NCBI GenBank assembly: GCA_964428015.1
Contig: CAYRWR010000007.1
Coordinates: 21,546-85,545, forward strand
Direction of reading: 5' to 3'
DNA length: 64,000 nucleotides
From: an uncultured Brevinematales bacterium
Lineage (GTDB): Bacteria > Spirochaetota > Brevinematia > Brevinematales > CAYRWR01
The notes beneath the pieces are model-generated. The model did no database searches. It was not told the DNA's origin and worked only from the letters and a program-made list of their open reading frames with translations. Below are positions 17,551 through 26,991 of this stretch, piece after piece (the stretch's first letter is position 1; every line of letters begins with the position of its first letter). Position numbers and translations under genes: made by a program.

Positions 17551-18273
17551 ATGAAATTCTACTTACTGATTTTTATTTTGATTTTGCCGGCGGCGGGCTT
17601 TTGTGACTCTTACACCTACCTCAACTGTATACTGCAGAATAACACTATCTCAGCTGACAAAAACCTGAAGCGACTCTCCAGCGGCATTCAGCTATTGACA
17701 GATGACCCGGCGTATAAAGCTATCTACGAAAAACTGGAATCACAGATGCGTGCTCTGGATAGTATGGTTACCGGTCAGCAGGATATGATCAACTACTATA
17801 CCTATGAAGAAGCGGTCCTGGCAAATGTGACCGAAAGCCTCAATAGAATCCGTGAGCTGGCCCTGCAGATGGGCAATTCCCTTCTGGGGGACACAGAAAA
17901 AGACATTATCCGTTCAGAAATGCGCCAGCATTATGAACAGGTCTTATATGAATTGCGCACTGCTCAGTTCAATACCAAGCCGCTTTTTTCAGAATTGTTA
18001 AAAGACCCTGTGGTAACTTCCCGTCTGAATTCCCCGGATTTTTATACCTTAGGATCCATAGATACTCTGCTCCAGTTTATCCTGCAGCGCAGAGTGCTGC
18101 TGGGCAGCTGGTCCAACCGCCTGCGCCACCAGATCAAGGGTGACATGATCAATCAGGAAAACACTGCAGAATTTCAATCTCATGGCGATACAGATTATGG
18201 ACGCGAACTGAGTGAGTTTAAACGAAATCAACTGCTTCTACTGATCAATGTTCTCATGCTTAAGCCCCGTTAA
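17551..18273 (+). CDS. Short flagellin-family (D0/D1-only) homolog with an N-terminal signal-like peptide
   Basis: The flagellin_N pattern is present: KRLSSGIQLLTDDPAYKAIYEKL ... LNRIRELALQMGN ... AQFNTKPLF. So is the flagellin_C pattern: LLGSWSNRLRH ... ELSEFKRNQLL. It is preceded by MKFYLLIFILILPAAGFC (signal peptide or possible lipobox). Confidence 0.6.
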   Translation: MKFYLLIFILILPAAGFCDSYTYLNCILQNNTISADKNLKRLSSGIQLLTDDPAYKAIYEKLESQMRALDSMVTGQQDMINYYTYEEAVLANVTESLNRIRELALQMGNSLLGDTEKDIIRSEMRQHYEQVLYELRTAQFNTKPLFSELLKDPVVTSRLNSPDFYTLGSIDTLLQFILQRRVLLGSWSNRLRHQIKGDMINQENTAEFQSHGDTDYGRELSEFKRNQLLLLINVLMLKPR

Positions 18274-18351
18274 TTCTGTTTATTGACTTTTGCTGGCTTT
18301 GCTTTATCATTTAGTCTATCAGGTATTTCAATTTCACATTGCGGGGTCACT

Positions 18352-19947
18352 ATGAAAAAAGGTTACTGGATGCTGGTACTGCATGCGCATCTTCCTTTTG
18401 TACGACATCCTGAATACGCGGACGCTCTGGAAGAACGCTGGCTGTATGAAGCAATCACCGAAACCTACATTCCTATGCTGGAAATGTACGACCGTTTAAA
18501 TAAAGAAGGCATTTATTTCAGGGTCACCATGTCCCTCACCCCGCCCCTGGCTAATATGCTGGCAGACCCATTGCTGCAGGACAGATACCTGCATCACATC
18601 AACCAGATGATCGAACTTGCTGAAAAAGAAGTGACCCGCACCCAGTACCTTCCGGAATTTCACCGCAGTGCCATGCACTACCTCAGAAAATTCAAATCAG
18701 CCCGCGATCTTTTCCAGAATAAATATCACAAAAATCTGCTGCTGGGCTTTAAATTGTTTCAGGATCTGGGGAATCTGGAAATACTGACCTGCGGTGCTAC
18801 CCACGGCTTTCTGCCCCTCATGGATATGTATCCCAGCGCGGTACGGGGCCAGGTACTCACTGCTGTAGAGGACTATAAGAGGCATTTTGGAATAGCTCCC
18901 AAAGGAATGTGGAACGGAGAATGCGGCTACTATCCCGGACTGGAATCTCTGCTCAAAGAAGGCCAGATCAAGTATTTTTACACCGACACCCATGGGCTCC
19001 TGCATGCTTCCAGCCGCCCCAAGTATGGGGTCTTTGCACCTATGATGACACCTAATCACATAGCCTACTTCGGACGTGATGTAGAGACTTCCAATTCCGT
19101 ATGGAGCGCGGATGAAGGCTATCCTGGTGACCCCAACTACCGAGAATTCTACCGGGATATCGGGTTTGACCTGGATTATGAATACATCAAGCCCTATATC
19201 CATGAAAGCGGCCTGCGCATAGCCACCGGCATCAAGTATCACAAGATCACCAGCAAAGATACACCCATGGAGCAGAAGCATGCCTATGACCCTGAGTATG
19301 CCTATTCCCGTACCATAGAGCATGCCCAGAATTTTACTTTTAACCGTGAGCGCCAGGTAGACTATCTCAGCAATATCATGGATAGAGAGCCACTCATTGT
19401 CAGTATGTATGATGCCGAGTTATTCGGGCACTGGTGGTATGAAGGGCCTGATTTTATTTACAATCTGCTGAAAAGCATCCATCACAGCCAGGTGCTGGAG
19501 ACCATCACCGCTCCTGAATACCTGGACCGTTATCCTGATAACCAGACTGCCACACCTCCCATGTCCAGCTGGGGCTATAAAGGATATAATGAATTCTGGC
19601 TCAATGATACCAATGACTGGGTCTACCGCCATCTGCACAAAGGCTGTGAGCGTGTAATAGAACTAGCTAACAAATTCAAAACCAGTAAAGACAAGCTGAT
19701 ACAGAGAGCCTGCAACCAGGCTGCCCGCGAACTGCTGCTGGCACAATCCTCTGACTGGGCTTTTATCATGCGAACCAATACTATGGTGGAATATGCCAAA
19801 AAAAGGACAGTAGACCACCTGGGTAGACTGGAAAAACTGCATTCAATGATATTTGCTGAAAAAGTGGACACTAAGTGGCTGGCTGAGACAGAATACCGGG
19901 ACAATATTTTTCCTGAAATTAATTTCCGGGTGTGGGCAGATAGCTGA
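18352..19947 (+). CDS. Glycoside hydrolase family 57 protein (1,4-alpha-glucan branching enzyme type)
   Basis: The track ORF starts at TTG 18283. The ATG at 18352 gives the typical GH57 N-terminus MKKGYWMLVLHAHLPFVRHPE. Further GH57 blocks are present (GFLPLM, SMYDAELFGHWWYEG), with a C-terminal helical domain. Confidence 0.85.
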   Translation: MKKGYWMLVLHAHLPFVRHPEYADALEERWLYEAITETYIPMLEMYDRLNKEGIYFRVTMSLTPPLANMLADPLLQDRYLHHINQMIELAEKEVTRTQYLPEFHRSAMHYLRKFKSARDLFQNKYHKNLLLGFKLFQDLGNLEILTCGATHGFLPLMDMYPSAVRGQVLTAVEDYKRHFGIAPKGMWNGECGYYPGLESLLKEGQIKYFYTDTHGLLHASSRPKYGVFAPMMTPNHIAYFGRDVETSNSVWSADEGYPGDPNYREFYRDIGFDLDYEYIKPYIHESGLRIATGIKYHKITSKDTPMEQKHAYDPEYAYSRTIEHAQNFTFNRERQVDYLSNIMDREPLIVSMYDAELFGHWWYEGPDFIYNLLKSIHHSQVLETITAPEYLDRYPDNQTATPPMSSWGYKGYNEFWLNDTNDWVYRHLHKGCERVIELANKFKTSKDKLIQRACNQAARELLLAQSSDWAFIMRTNTMVEYAKKRTVDHLGRLEKLHSMIFAEKVDTKWLAETEYRDNIFPEINFRVWADS

Positions 19948-19962
19948 TTCTGAGTGGATATC

Positions 19963-21360
19963 TTAGTTGATATCTATACTGATCATACAAATGTCGTCTT
20001 CAAAATCTTCGCTGCCATGATAGGATACAAGATCCCAGTAAATTTCCTGCAATAACTGATCCCCTTTCTGATCTTTCATTTGTATCAGGATTGTATTCAG
20101 GGCTTCACTGTAATCCTTATGAGGATCTTTTTTACTGACTGCGTCTGTCAAACCATCAGTATATAAAAATATCCTATCATCCTTTTCCAGTCGCACTTTT
20201 TGATTATAATACAATTTTGAATTTTTCTGGATCTCCTGGTTGCTCATAATGGCTAGAGGTATCCCGGATTCCTGATCACGCAATTCTGAAACCTTACCAT
20301 CCCGTATCAATAATGGGGGGTTATGCCCGGCATTGGCAAATGCCATTTCTTTTTTACTATGATCGATAACGGCATACATTGCTGTCACAAACTGATTGCC
20401 ACTGTGATCCTGTAAAATATCATTTAGATAATACAAAACTTTAGCCGGGTCATTTCTCAGTTCTCCCGCCTGGAGCAGAAAACTCTTCAACATGGAAGTG
20501 ATAAAGGCGGCCGGCACCCCATGCCCGGAAACATCAGACAGAAATATACCGATTTTTTCCTGATTACGAAAAAGGATGTAGTCAAAATAATCCCCGCCTA
20601 CCATTTCCATGGGCTTATAGAAATGTGCAATCCAGGAATGAGGGGATACCGATGGTATGAATTTCTCCTGAATGGATCGTGCCATCCTCATTTCTTTTTC
20701 GATATTGAGATTTTTCTGCTGAAGAATTGATCTGTCTTTGATAATCTCCATGGAATTGAGATATGTTTTATAGCGCAGGTGATCCAACACATAGGTAAAT
20801 GCCAGCACCACCACAGTAGTGGACAAAATATCTCTCAGAGAATACTGGAAACGGGGGTCAGAAAAGTCTATACCGGTAATCAGGAGGCTGGTAAAAAAAG
20901 TGGCCAGGGATGTGAATAACAGAATAAAAGCCTCATATTTAAATAATGGAATAACGATGATGACCATAAGAATGAAAAGATAACCTCCCACATAAACAGG
21001 ATCTCCTCCTGTCAGACCCGTAATCAGACCGGTGGCATTCAGCAGGTAAATACCTACAACAAACATAACAGTACGGGCTTTTTTTACAAAAATCTGCTGA
21101 AACTGCAGGATAAGAGCTAAACCGGCAAAAATAGTAAGCCCCAGCCGTATATAAAGTAGTGCCGGAATTTCCGGGTGTAATTGCCGGTCTGCCGGAAGAT
21201 AAGGAATCCAGGCTAAAGAGGCAATCAGAAGAGAAAAGAAAAGATATTTGCGGGATTGACGATGCAGTTCTTCACCAAAATTTGCCGGTATCTCCTTTCT
21301 GGAATCTACATGTAAAACATGCCGGTAGAAAAAATTTTTCCAACTGTGCTTTTTATCCAT
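19963..21360 (-). CDS. Membrane-bound PP2C-family (SpoIIE-type) serine/threonine phosphatase
   Basis: The N-terminal half has multiple TM helices. The C-terminal SpoIIE/PP2C domain carries the motifs GGDYFDY, DVSGHGVPAA, NAGHNPP and LYTDGL. Confidence 0.85.
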   Translation of the reverse strand: MDKKHSWKNFFYRHVLHVDSRKEIPANFGEELHRQSRKYLFFSLLIASLAWIPYLPADRQLHPEIPALLYIRLGLTIFAGLALILQFQQIFVKKARTVMFVVGIYLLNATGLITGLTGGDPVYVGGYLFILMVIIVIPLFKYEAFILLFTSLATFFTSLLITGIDFSDPRFQYSLRDILSTTVVVLAFTYVLDHLRYKTYLNSMEIIKDRSILQQKNLNIEKEMRMARSIQEKFIPSVSPHSWIAHFYKPMEMVGGDYFDYILFRNQEKIGIFLSDVSGHGVPAAFITSMLKSFLLQAGELRNDPAKVLYYLNDILQDHSGNQFVTAMYAVIDHSKKEMAFANAGHNPPLLIRDGKVSELRDQESGIPLAIMSNQEIQKNSKLYYNQKVRLEKDDRIFLYTDGLTDAVSKKDPHKDYSEALNTILIQMKDQKGDQLLQEIYWDLVSYHGSEDFEDDICMISIDIN

Positions 21361-21485
21361 AGTATTTCATTGTACTACAGTTAAAGTATTTATACAAAAA
21401 AAATGGATTCAAACCTGAACCATAATTTTAAAATGGATTGACTCTGTGAAGTGTATTCACTAAATTTTGTTTTAAGGAGTATTTC

Positions 21486-21743
21486 ATGTTTAATTTGTAT
21501 TGCGCCGCATGGTGCCCAGATTGCCGTTTAACTGTACAATACCTGGATGAGCATTCTATTCCTTATCATTATTTTGATATTGAGTCAATTGAACAGGATA
21601 TATTACAGAAATGTATTGATGCCAATGGCGGAAGTGACTGGTCAGTGCCTACTTTTGAGAAAAATGGACATTGGATCGTACCCGGGACTATGGATAATGC
21701 TAAAATCGAAGAAACTCTGAAAACACTACTGAACATTAAATAA
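21486..21743 (+). CDS. Glutaredoxin/NrdH-like thioredoxin-fold protein
   Basis: 85 aa with the CxxC motif (WCPDC) near the N-terminus and a conserved downstream VP (cis-Pro region). Confidence 0.7.
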   Translation: MFNLYCAAWCPDCRLTVQYLDEHSIPYHYFDIESIEQDILQKCIDANGGSDWSVPTFEKNGHWIVPGTMDNAKIEETLKTLLNIK

Positions 21744-21744
21744 T

Positions 21745-23214
21745 TCAGGGGCCCGTCACCTGATACACTGAATCCCCCTGCTGTTGTAAATACAGGTATT
21801 TTTCTATACCTGACTGCATTATGGTCTGCAGGTTAAAACATTCCGTTTGGATATCCTTTGCAGGTGCTATAAGCTGGTGTTTCTCTTTATCCAGTATATA
21901 CATTTTTTTCAGGTATGCAGTCTGCGGGATGCTTTGAAAAGGCCCCCAACGATTCCCGTCTTCCGTTTGAACATACCATCTCTCGTCTTTTCCTTTAAAT
22001 ACAAATGAATAACTGGATTCATCACTGAATTGCAAACTATCCACACGGGTTGCCTGGATATCCATCCAGATCCCGTTGATACAAAGATCCAGCCAACCTT
22101 TCCCTTGTGTGTCTGCGGTTACTGCCCAATTGGTACCACTACCGGGTATAAACTCTCCTATCCGATCAAAGGGTCCCAGAGTCAGGCCCCCTATCCGCCA
22201 AAAGAAAGATCGCCGTATTTTTACTCCGGCAAATACCCTGTCTCCATGAATCCCGGAACAGACAATTTTATCAAAAGGCCCTATCAGATCCGCATGTGTC
22301 TGAATATAGAATTCCCGTCCTTTTAAAAATGAAAACATAAATGTACCGGGAAAATCAGGATCAATATAAATCCTGCTGTCCTCATTAAAACGGCCCTGTA
22401 AATCACCCTGTCTGCCATTCATGAGAATCTTGTCTTTTCCTTTTTCGCTGACCAGAGCGGCCCAGGTGTTGGTATTTATATACTTTATATCCCACAATTT
22501 GCGGAAAGGTCCCCAGGAAAGAGTGGTTTTCATGATAAAAATGTCACCGGTAGGAGTTTTTCTGACTACTACACTTTCTGTCCATTCAGGACTGTGTACC
22601 AGATTTACTGTTTCAGGGACCCTTTCCGGTTTTATCAGATCAGTTTCTTTTTCTTCGAAGAGAAAGAACGCACCTTCCGGTGTCTGCTGGTATACCTTGT
22701 GGTCTACCCCCACAGCATTATATGCCCAAAGTTCCCCTTTATGGCTGAATCTGACATCATAAACTCTGGTATAGGGACCATAGCTACGGCCATCCACCAG
22801 TACTATTATCCATCCCGGAGAAGATTGGATACTGGCTATCCAGTGATTTCCGCTGGTCTTAATATCCAGGATATCGGAGAAATTCCCATATTCTGTCCCA
22901 TAACTATCAATCAGGCAATATTTCCTATTCATATCCAGGACCTGAATGAGAAACTGGGAACCGTCAGCCTGACGGAAAATTTTCAACAGAGCTTTGTAGG
23001 GTCCCAGTTTTTTCCCGCCCAGAAATAGGCTAAACTTTTCTCCTTTATCCAACTTGATAACCGGCAATTGCTGCTTTCCCTGATTTACTTTCATTTGAAA
23101 ATTAGGATCGATTTTTTCTCCCTGTTCCAGGGTATAATACAAAGTCCGTTTTTCAGAAAAAGACTGAGAATTAGTAAAAAATAGTAACACTAAAAGAAGG
23201 AATATACGGTTCAT
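21745..23214 (-). CDS. Secreted repeat protein with a recurring G-P-[YF] motif
   Basis: The track ORF extends to 23280. The ATG at 23214 forms an ATGA overlap with the stop of the upstream methyltransferase and yields a signal peptide, MNRIFLLLVLLFFTNSQSFS. The motif recurs about every 50-70 aa: LGPYKAL, YGPYTRV, WGPFRKL, IGPFDKI, LGPFDRI, WGPFQSI. Confidence 0.7.
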   Translation of the reverse strand: MNRIFLLLVLLFFTNSQSFSEKRTLYYTLEQGEKIDPNFQMKVNQGKQQLPVIKLDKGEKFSLFLGGKKLGPYKALLKIFRQADGSQFLIQVLDMNRKYCLIDSYGTEYGNFSDILDIKTSGNHWIASIQSSPGWIIVLVDGRSYGPYTRVYDVRFSHKGELWAYNAVGVDHKVYQQTPEGAFFLFEEKETDLIKPERVPETVNLVHSPEWTESVVVRKTPTGDIFIMKTTLSWGPFRKLWDIKYINTNTWAALVSEKGKDKILMNGRQGDLQGRFNEDSRIYIDPDFPGTFMFSFLKGREFYIQTHADLIGPFDKIVCSGIHGDRVFAGVKIRRSFFWRIGGLTLGPFDRIGEFIPGSGTNWAVTADTQGKGWLDLCINGIWMDIQATRVDSLQFSDESSYSFVFKGKDERWYVQTEDGNRWGPFQSIPQTAYLKKMYILDKEKHQLIAPAKDIQTECFNLQTIMQSGIEKYLYLQQQGDSVYQVTGP

Positions 23215-24416
23215 TTCCGTTCCAAAAGAGTCAGCATTTCTACATGGTGTGTCTGGGGAAACATATCCACCAGGTAACATTCTTTCAGCGAATACTTTTC
23301 ACTGAGTAACTGAATATCACGAGCCAATGTGGATACTTTACAGGAAGAATAAATAATTTTGCGTGGTGCCATATCCAAAAGGAGCTGGACTACTTCCCGG
23401 TCCAATCCGCGACGGGGCGGATCTACGATGATCACGTCAGCCGGGCCCAGACGAGGCAACACTTCAAACACATCTCCCAGTTCAAAGCGGACATTACTGG
23501 AAATTTTGTTGATCTGCAAATTATGACGCGCGTCCTGAACGCTGGATTTAGCCAGCTCTACCCCTATGGTCTCACCGGCAAAATGGCTCACGAAAAGTGT
23601 AATCAGTCCGATTCCGCTGAACAGGTCATATATCTTTTCATGGCCGTCTTTATCCAGGAAGCTTACTATCTTTTCCAGCCAGAGGGGCACCACATAATCG
23701 TTAACCTGAAAGAAGGAATCCTTGGATATCTTGAATTTTATTTCCCGGCCAGCAGCACGCACAGTCTCATATACAGGCCTGTCTTCATATTTATCGGAAT
23801 GGACCCAGTGGACTGTTGTATCCCCATCCAGGGTAGTCCTCACTTTGTAATTATGGCCGGGATATTGTTCCTGAGTGCGCATGGACTGCAGAGCCTGATT
23901 GATACCGGGCATGGCGATCCTGCATTCTTCGATATCCACTACAAATTTACTGTCCCTTCGGAAAAAGCCGGTAAGCTGTTTTCTGGGATTTACCTTGAAA
24001 GTAGTGGTGTTGCGGTAATAATATTCCTGAGGGCTGGATATTATGCCGCTGAGTTTTTCAATGCCCAGTTTACCTATGCGGTTCAAAGTCTCCAGGACCC
24101 ATTCACTCTTCAGTGCCAGCTGATCCTCATAGGAAATCATCTGATAGTCACACCCCCCGCACATGGAAAAATAAGGACAGGGGGGCTCCAGTCTGCGCTC
24201 TGATTTTTCCAGGATTTCCACCGGTTCAGCCATGGCATAATCTTTGCTTTCTTTGTAGACCTTGACTTTCATTAGTTCTCCGGGTATACCAAAGCGGACA
24301 AAGATGACCTTTTCATCTTCATAGGCCAGACTCACCCCTTCCCCGACATATTTCACTATGCGCACGGTGAGTTCCCTGTCTGTCCCCTTTAGTTTACGGG
24401 GGCTTAAGCCTTCCAT
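23211..24416 (-). CDS. RumA/TrmA-family RNA (uracil-5)-methyltransferase with a TRAM domain and an Fe-S cluster
   Basis: It has a TRAM-like N-terminus, a Cys cluster (PPCPYFSMCGGCDYQ), a SAM-binding DLFSGIGL motif and a C-terminal catalytic Cys region (YSSC). The start is ambiguous (24482, 24458 or 24416). The 24416 start avoids overlap with the upstream gene's stop at 24421. Confidence 0.85.
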   Translation of the reverse strand: MEGLSPRKLKGTDRELTVRIVKYVGEGVSLAYEDEKVIFVRFGIPGELMKVKVYKESKDYAMAEPVEILEKSERRLEPPCPYFSMCGGCDYQMISYEDQLALKSEWVLETLNRIGKLGIEKLSGIISSPQEYYYRNTTTFKVNPRKQLTGFFRRDSKFVVDIEECRIAMPGINQALQSMRTQEQYPGHNYKVRTTLDGDTTVHWVHSDKYEDRPVYETVRAAGREIKFKISKDSFFQVNDYVVPLWLEKIVSFLDKDGHEKIYDLFSGIGLITLFVSHFAGETIGVELAKSSVQDARHNLQINKISSNVRFELGDVFEVLPRLGPADVIIVDPPRRGLDREVVQLLLDMAPRKIIYSSCKVSTLARDIQLLSEKYSLKECYLVDMFPQTHHVEMLTLLERK

Positions 24417-24420
24417 GTTT

Positions 24421-25710
24421 TCAGGCTGTTGGTTGGTTGCTGGTGGTGTTTTTCCCATTGGATTTTTTTCCTTTTTTCCCATTAGTGCCAGTCCGTTTAC
24501 GGGTACTGATCCTGACTTTCTCTATCCTGCGGTTGACGATGGACAATACTTCAAATTCATAGCGGGAGTAGTTGAATTTTTCTCCGGCATGGGGCAAATG
24601 TTCCAACTGCTGTAAAACAAAGCCGCTGACTGTCTCAAAACTGTCTTTTTTGATATCTATATGGAGTTCTTCTTCCAATTCATCTATGTCAAATAAACCA
24701 TCCACCACAAAACTATCACCTTCTTTTTTGAAGGGCTGATCACTGCCCAGATCCACAAACTCACCCACGATTTCTGTGACCAGATCCTGGGAAGTAATGA
24801 CTCCGGAGACCCCGCCATATTCATCCACAGTAAATATCATCTGGGACATTGATTCCTGCATTTCCAGGAGTAGTTTATCGATTTCCAGACACTCCGGCAG
24901 GAATAAAGTATCCCGGGTATATTGTTTTACCATCTCATTACGCCGAGCGTTCAGTATATCTTTATTTTCAATATAACCGACTATATTGTCTACCCTGCCC
25001 CGGTATACAGGCAGTCGGGAATGCCGGCGTGTCAGCATCAGCTGACTGGCTTTTGAAACTGAGTCATTTTCTTCCACACAGACCATACGGATCAGAGGAA
25101 TCATGATTTCACGGGCTTTAATATTCTTGAAATTCATGATACTTTCAATAAAGTCTTTTTCCCTGTCCTTCATCACCCCTTTGGAGATGGAGATATCCAA
25201 GAGAAGCTTAAAATCATCTCTGGAAACCGCGCCTTTATTCTTTTTATTCATCCCCAAAAGGCGTAGCAGAAGCTTGATACTCCGGACAAATAAAAACTGG
25301 AAAGGAAACAGCAGAATAAACATCAGCCAATAGATCCAGGCCAAACCCCGCATGATCTGGTCAGAAAAAGTGCGAAAAATAATTTTAGGAAACACATCTG
25401 AAAACAATAAAATAAGCGGAGTCAAAATACCTGTGACTATCAGGGGTATAAACTCCGCTGTCTTGAAATGATTGGCGACATAATTGGTAAAAATAAGAGA
25501 AGCAGCTACAATACAGGTGTTAGTTCCCAACAGAAACATGCCTATCATATCTTCCGGCCTCTGCATCAGCCATTCCAGTATACGGGAACGACGGTCTTTA
25601 GCTGCGAGATTGGCATGCAGTCTCAGTCGGTTAATGGAAATAAAGGCGGTTTCTGAACCGGAGAAAAATCCTGCCAGGAGGATGAATATGCCTACCCATA
25701 ACAGTTCCAT
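24421..25710 (-). CDS. CNNM/CorC/TlyC-family membrane protein (DUF21 - CBS pair - CorC_HlyC)
   Basis: It has an N-terminal DUF21 with the SGSETAF motif, a CBS pair, a C-terminal CorC/HlyC transporter-associated domain and a basic K/G/N-rich tail. It overlaps the upstream paralog by 1 nt (TGATG). Confidence 0.85.
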   Translation of the reverse strand: MELLWVGIFILLAGFFSGSETAFISINRLRLHANLAAKDRRSRILEWLMQRPEDMIGMFLLGTNTCIVAASLIFTNYVANHFKTAEFIPLIVTGILTPLILLFSDVFPKIIFRTFSDQIMRGLAWIYWLMFILLFPFQFLFVRSIKLLLRLLGMNKKNKGAVSRDDFKLLLDISISKGVMKDREKDFIESIMNFKNIKAREIMIPLIRMVCVEENDSVSKASQLMLTRRHSRLPVYRGRVDNIVGYIENKDILNARRNEMVKQYTRDTLFLPECLEIDKLLLEMQESMSQMIFTVDEYGGVSGVITSQDLVTEIVGEFVDLGSDQPFKKEGDSFVVDGLFDIDELEEELHIDIKKDSFETVSGFVLQQLEHLPHAGEKFNYSRYEFEVLSIVNRRIEKVRISTRKRTGTNGKKGKKSNGKNTTSNQPTA

Positions 25711-26945
25711 CAGCGACGCTCCACCAGAAATTTATCAATATGATTGGCACTGCGGTCTCTGACCGTGAGTTTCCATTTATCCACTTCGATAAAGTAACCG
25801 GTGGAAGGAATATCCCCGGCTTTTTCAATAACCAGGCCGGCTAAAGTCTCAAAATCCTCCGATGTCACATCTGTCTTGAAATATTCGTTGAATTCACCAA
25901 TAGATGTATCCCCGCTGACCAGGTATTTAGTATTTGACATGCGAATAATTTTTTTATGTATATCGAATTTTTCATCAATAAATTCACCAACAATTTCACT
26001 CAATACATCAGCAATGGTGATAATTCCCATGGCAGAGCCGTATTCATCCACCACGGTGGCCATACGTATCTTTTTTTTCTGAAAGTCATCCAGCATCTCA
26101 GTCAGCCTCTTAGTCTCCGGTACAAAATACATCGCTTCCATGATATCACCGATTTTTCTTTCACCGATTTCATTTATCTGATGTATATAGGGATAGATAT
26201 CCCGCAGATAAATCACACCGACTATATTATCATCGGTCTCATCAAATACCGGGAATTTTGAGTAAGATGATTTTTTGATGACAGATATCGCTTTCTTCAG
26301 GGGCATCTCTTTATCCAGACTGATCAATTTATTACGGGGAGTCATAATATTGTAGACTTCCCGGCCTGTAAATTTCAGTACAGATTCCACCAGACGTTTT
26401 TCATCATTATCCAGAAAAGTTCCCCGGGAGACCAGGGAGAGAAGCGCGTCCAGATGGTTTTCCTGCTCATCCTGATTCCGGTTACGCAGCAGATGATTGA
26501 CTAATTTGAGAATACCATTGGACAAAGCTTCGATAGGTATGGCCAGAGGCCTGAGGAATATATAGATTGGATAAAGTAATTTGGAGTTGAACAGACTGAC
26601 CGCTTCCACATTTCGGATAGCGATAGTCTTGGGCGTAATCTCTCCGAAAAACAGCAGAAGCGCTGTAATGAGTATCGTGCTGAGTATATAGTTATCTATT
26701 TGCAGGTGCCTTTCCAGAATGGAGGAAGTGGCTACATTGACGAAAGTATTTCCCAGAAGGATTGTAATTAGCAGTAAAGAGCTCCGGTTCAGCATGGTGT
26801 GAATGCGTTTAAAGCCCTTGTGCTTGCGCATCTTTTTGAGTTTGATATTATCCAGGCTGAATAATCCTGTCTCACTGGAGGAAAAAAAAGCTGAAAGAAG
26901 TAACAATACAGTAACAATAGCGACAGTTACCAGGTCCAGTTGCAT
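25710..26945 (-). CDS. CNNM/CorC/TlyC-family membrane protein, tandem paralog
   Basis: It has the same architecture (the SSSETGLFS motif, a CBS pair and a CorC_HlyC domain). Confidence 0.85.
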   Translation of the reverse strand: MQLDLVTVAIVTVLLLLSAFFSSSETGLFSLDNIKLKKMRKHKGFKRIHTMLNRSSLLLITILLGNTFVNVATSSILERHLQIDNYILSTILITALLLFFGEITPKTIAIRNVEAVSLFNSKLLYPIYIFLRPLAIPIEALSNGILKLVNHLLRNRNQDEQENHLDALLSLVSRGTFLDNDEKRLVESVLKFTGREVYNIMTPRNKLISLDKEMPLKKAISVIKKSSYSKFPVFDETDDNIVGVIYLRDIYPYIHQINEIGERKIGDIMEAMYFVPETKRLTEMLDDFQKKKIRMATVVDEYGSAMGIITIADVLSEIVGEFIDEKFDIHKKIIRMSNTKYLVSGDTSIGEFNEYFKTDVTSEDFETLAGLVIEKAGDIPSTGYFIEVDKWKLTVRDRSANHIDKFLVERR

Positions 26946-26991
26946 TACGAGAATACCTCCGGGACTTCCTCCGGGGTGCTGATCAATGTAT

